64,000 nt of DNA, taken from the NCBI GenBank assembly GCA_965213675.1, contig OZ243916.1, forward strand, positions 3,168,001-3,232,000. Reading direction: 5' to 3'. The DNA comes from an uncultured Candidatus Binatia bacterium. Lineage in GTDB: Bacteria; Desulfobacterota; Binatia; UBA9968; JAJDTQ01. Under the pieces are notes generated by a model. The model had not been told where the DNA came from. It did no database searches and saw only the letters and a program-made list of their open reading frames with translations. The position numbers were made by a program, and so were the translations under genes. Numbering within the stretch: the first letter of the stretch is position 1; each line of letters begins with the position of its first letter. Shown here piece by piece: positions 61,532-64,000 of the stretch.

Positions 61532-62230
61532 ATGCGCATCGTCGATCTCAGCATGACCGTAGAGGAGTGCGACTCGGCTCCGTTCGCCCCCGACGAGACC
61601 TACTTCAAGATAAAGCCCATCATCAACTGGGAGGAGAAAGGGTTCGTCTCCAACCTGGTGGAGTTGACCGTTCACGCCGGCACCCATATCGACTCGCCGC
61701 ACCACTTCTTTCGCGACAAACCGTCGGTGGAGCAGCTTCCGCTGGAGCCGCTGATGGGCACGGCGGTGGTGCTGGACCTGTCCTTCCGGTGCCAGCCCGG
61801 CGCGCGCATCACGCCCGAGGACATGGAGCGGGCCGAGGCGGCGCTGGCGGAGCAGGGCGTGACGATCGATCCCGGTGGGATTCTGCTTCTCCGCACCGAC
61901 TGGCCCAAGGGGCATCGGACCACCGATCCGTCCTGGTGGAACGACTCGCCGTTTCTCTCCCGCGAGGCGGCTCAATGGGTCGTGGACAAGCAGCCAGCGG
62001 TCATCGGATACGACTTCGCCCAGGAAGAGAAGGGTGCGGACTACCAGCACGCCGGCGAGATACTGGGCAGCGGCATGACCGTGCACCGCATCATCCTGCC
62101 CCGGGTCACCTGTCAGATCGAGAATCTCATCAACCTGGACCAGATCGGCGCCTCTGCGAAGATCATCGCGCTTCCGGCCAAGTGGAAGACCGAATCCGCC
62201 CCGGCGCGGGTGGTGGCGCTACTGGACTGA
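61532..62230 (+). CDS. Cyclase / kynurenine formamidase-like metallohydrolase
   Basis: IVDLS, HAGTHIDSPHH, LLRT, IENLINL, APARVVA. Confidence 0.9.
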   Translation: MRIVDLSMTVEECDSAPFAPDETYFKIKPIINWEEKGFVSNLVELTVHAGTHIDSPHHFFRDKPSVEQLPLEPLMGTAVVLDLSFRCQPGARITPEDMERAEAALAEQGVTIDPGGILLLRTDWPKGHRTTDPSWWNDSPFLSREAAQWVVDKQPAVIGYDFAQEEKGADYQHAGEILGSGMTVHRIILPRVTCQIENLINLDQIGASAKIIALPAKWKTESAPARVVALLD

Positions 62231-62351
62231 TGGCGGCGACGCGCACGCGCATGGTGTCCCGGAGGCTGCCCACGCGCCGCCGGCCTCCGCAAGGGAAGCC
62301 GCGCCCGGGCCGCGCTCCGTCGCGCGCTTCATTCAGGTTCCCTCGTCCCCG

Positions 62352-63341
62352 ATGAAGGCCGTCCGGGTGCACGCGCTGGGCGGTCCGGAGGTGCTCCGCT
62401 GCGAGGAGGTGGAGGCCCCGGAGCCCCGGGAGGACGAGGCGCTGGTGGAGGTGGCCGCGGCCGGGGTCAACTACCTGGACATCTACTACCGCTCGGGTTT
62501 CCACTGGGGCGGGCATCACGGACGGCAGCTCCCCTACATCCCCGGCGCGGAGGGCGCCGGCACCGTGCGCGCAGTGGGGAGCGGCGTCTCCGAGGTCCGG
62601 ATCGGCGACCGGGTCGCCTACGGCATCTCCAACGGCTACGGCTCCTACGCCGACCTGGCCGCGGTGCCCGAGGGCCATTTGGTGCGGGTGCCCGAGACCG
62701 TGGACCTCCGGACCGCGGCCGCGGCCATGCTCCAGGGCATGACCGCCCACTACCTCATCCGCGACACCTACCCCGTGGGACCGGGCGATGCGGTGCTCGT
62801 CCACGCTGCCGCCGGCGGCACGGGACTGCTGCTGGTGCAGATGGCGAAGATGCGGGGCGCGCGGGTGCTCGGTACCGTGTCGACGCCCGAGAAGGCGCGC
62901 ATCGCCCAGGACGCCGGCGCCGACGCGGTCATCGATTACACGACGCAGGACTTCTCCGCCGAGACGCGCCGGCTAACCGGTGGACGCGGCGTCAACGTGG
63001 TCTACGACTCCGTGGGAAAGAGCACGTTCGAGAAGAGCCTCGACGCGTTGGCGCCGCGTGGCTGCATGGTAGTCTTCGGCCAGTCCAGCGGCGCCGTGCC
63101 ACCCTTCGACACCGCGGTGCTCAACGCCAAGGGATCGCTGTCCCTCAGCCGCCCCAGCCTCACCCACCACACGACGGACCGCGCCGAGATCCTGGGCCGG
63201 GCGGGAGAAGTGCTCGGATGGATCGAGCGGGGGCTGCTGACGGTACGGATCGGTCACGCTCTTCCGTTGACCCAGGCTCCGGAGGCCCACCGCCTGCTTG
63301 CATCCCGCAAGACTACCGGCAAGATCCTGCTGGCGCCGTAG
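62352..63341 (+). CDS. qor: NADPH:quinone oxidoreductase (zeta-crystallin/MDR)
   Basis: GGPEVL, GVNYLD, LQGMTAHYL, HAAAGGTG, VYDSVG, GQSSG, TTGKILL. Confidence 0.9.
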   Translation: MKAVRVHALGGPEVLRCEEVEAPEPREDEALVEVAAAGVNYLDIYYRSGFHWGGHHGRQLPYIPGAEGAGTVRAVGSGVSEVRIGDRVAYGISNGYGSYADLAAVPEGHLVRVPETVDLRTAAAAMLQGMTAHYLIRDTYPVGPGDAVLVHAAAGGTGLLLVQMAKMRGARVLGTVSTPEKARIAQDAGADAVIDYTTQDFSAETRRLTGGRGVNVVYDSVGKSTFEKSLDALAPRGCMVVFGQSSGAVPPFDTAVLNAKGSLSLSRPSLTHHTTDRAEILGRAGEVLGWIERGLLTVRIGHALPLTQAPEAHRLLASRKTTGKILLAP

Positions 63342-63366
63342 GGTGCGCCCCACGGCCACGTCTGGC

Positions 63367-63389
63367 TCCCGGGTCAAGCCCGGGATGAC
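63367..63389. repeat. CGTC-type REP copy
   Basis: Reverse complement reads gtcatcccgggcttgacccggga; lies between convergent genes. Confidence 0.5.
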
Positions 63390-63513
63390 CAGGTGGAGAG
63401 GCGCCCCGTCCGGATTCGGGGCCAAGCGCCACGCCCGCGGCCTGCAGAGCCGCAGGTCGGGAGACGCGCCGTGGCATGCGAGCCGCTCCCGCCCAGGAAT
63501 TTGCTCTGGCCGA

Positions 63514-64000
63514 CTATTCGTCCGCCTCCTTCAGGTGCTCGTCGAACCACGCCACGGACAGTTCCAGCAGGTGGCTCAGGTGCGGTTCCTTGTAGATGTC
63601 GTGATGGTTGACCTCGGGGATCACCACATAGTGCTTGGGCTCCGGTGAACTCTCGTAGAGGTTCAGTTGTTCGTCCAGCGGGGTGAGGCTGTCGAGCTCG
63701 GCGGAGACGTAGAGAGCCGGGCAGCCGATTTCGTGGGCGACGCTCTCGGGCTTGTATTCGATGATGGCGTCGGCGCATTCCAGGGGCATCTCCACTTCGC
63801 CCCTTTTCGGGTTGGCCGCCACGGTTTCCTTCCAGAATTCCCAGCCTTCCGGCGTCGTCTCCATGATGTGATACGGGTGGACGCGGCGCGATTGGCCGGT
63901 CATCACCCGCTGGTTGCGGTCGTCGTCAAGTTCCCTCAGGAACGCCTGCCACTCCCATTCCCGGCGCAGGCAGCGGAGCCAGCGTTCGCCGTCGCCGACT
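63514..64000 (-). CDS. Alpha/beta hydrolase, C-terminal part (extends beyond window)
   Basis: CPALYVSAELDSLTP, EPK, NHHDIY, WFDEHL. Confidence 0.75.
   Translation of the reverse strand, partial: VGDGERWLRCLRREWEWQAFLRELDDDRNQRVMTGQSRRVHPYHIMETTPEGWEFWKETVAANPKRGEVEMPLECADAIIEYKPESVAHEIGCPALYVSAELDSLTPLDEQLNLYESSPEPKHYVVIPEVNHHDIYKEPHLSHLLELSVAWFDEHLKEADE

Overview
High-GC bacterial chromosomal segment, densely coding; the gene content resembles Deltaproteobacteria/Candidatus Binatia-type genomes, but that is inference only. It holds mostly metabolic and transport genes: a Mo-hydroxylase large subunit, an enamidase-like amidohydrolase, three amino-acid ABC operons and a 13-kb minus-strand aromatic/heterocycle catabolic run (hydrolase, ALDH, benzoate-CoA ligase family, class II aldolase, PhtD-like protein, uncharacterised ferritin-like diiron protein, crotonase, UbiD, TSUP, SthA). 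It also carries a pilD/minor-pilin cluster, a RAYT-type Y1 transposase, higBA, an EndoQ-UvrD fusion and a split TTT transporter. Signals the ORF track misses: (1) a 159-bp palindromic MITE-like element in three copies, whose 30-bp core occurs in both orientations relative to its arms and whose ends supply stop codons or C-termini to host genes; (2) a DsbA/FrnE gene with an in-frame UGA at its CxxC motif and a SECIS-like hairpin (probable selenoprotein); (3) a decayed hsdS-darT-darG-hsdR defence island in which only darG is intact. No rRNA, tRNA or CRISPR array was seen. All family calls come from motif recognition by eye, not database searches.
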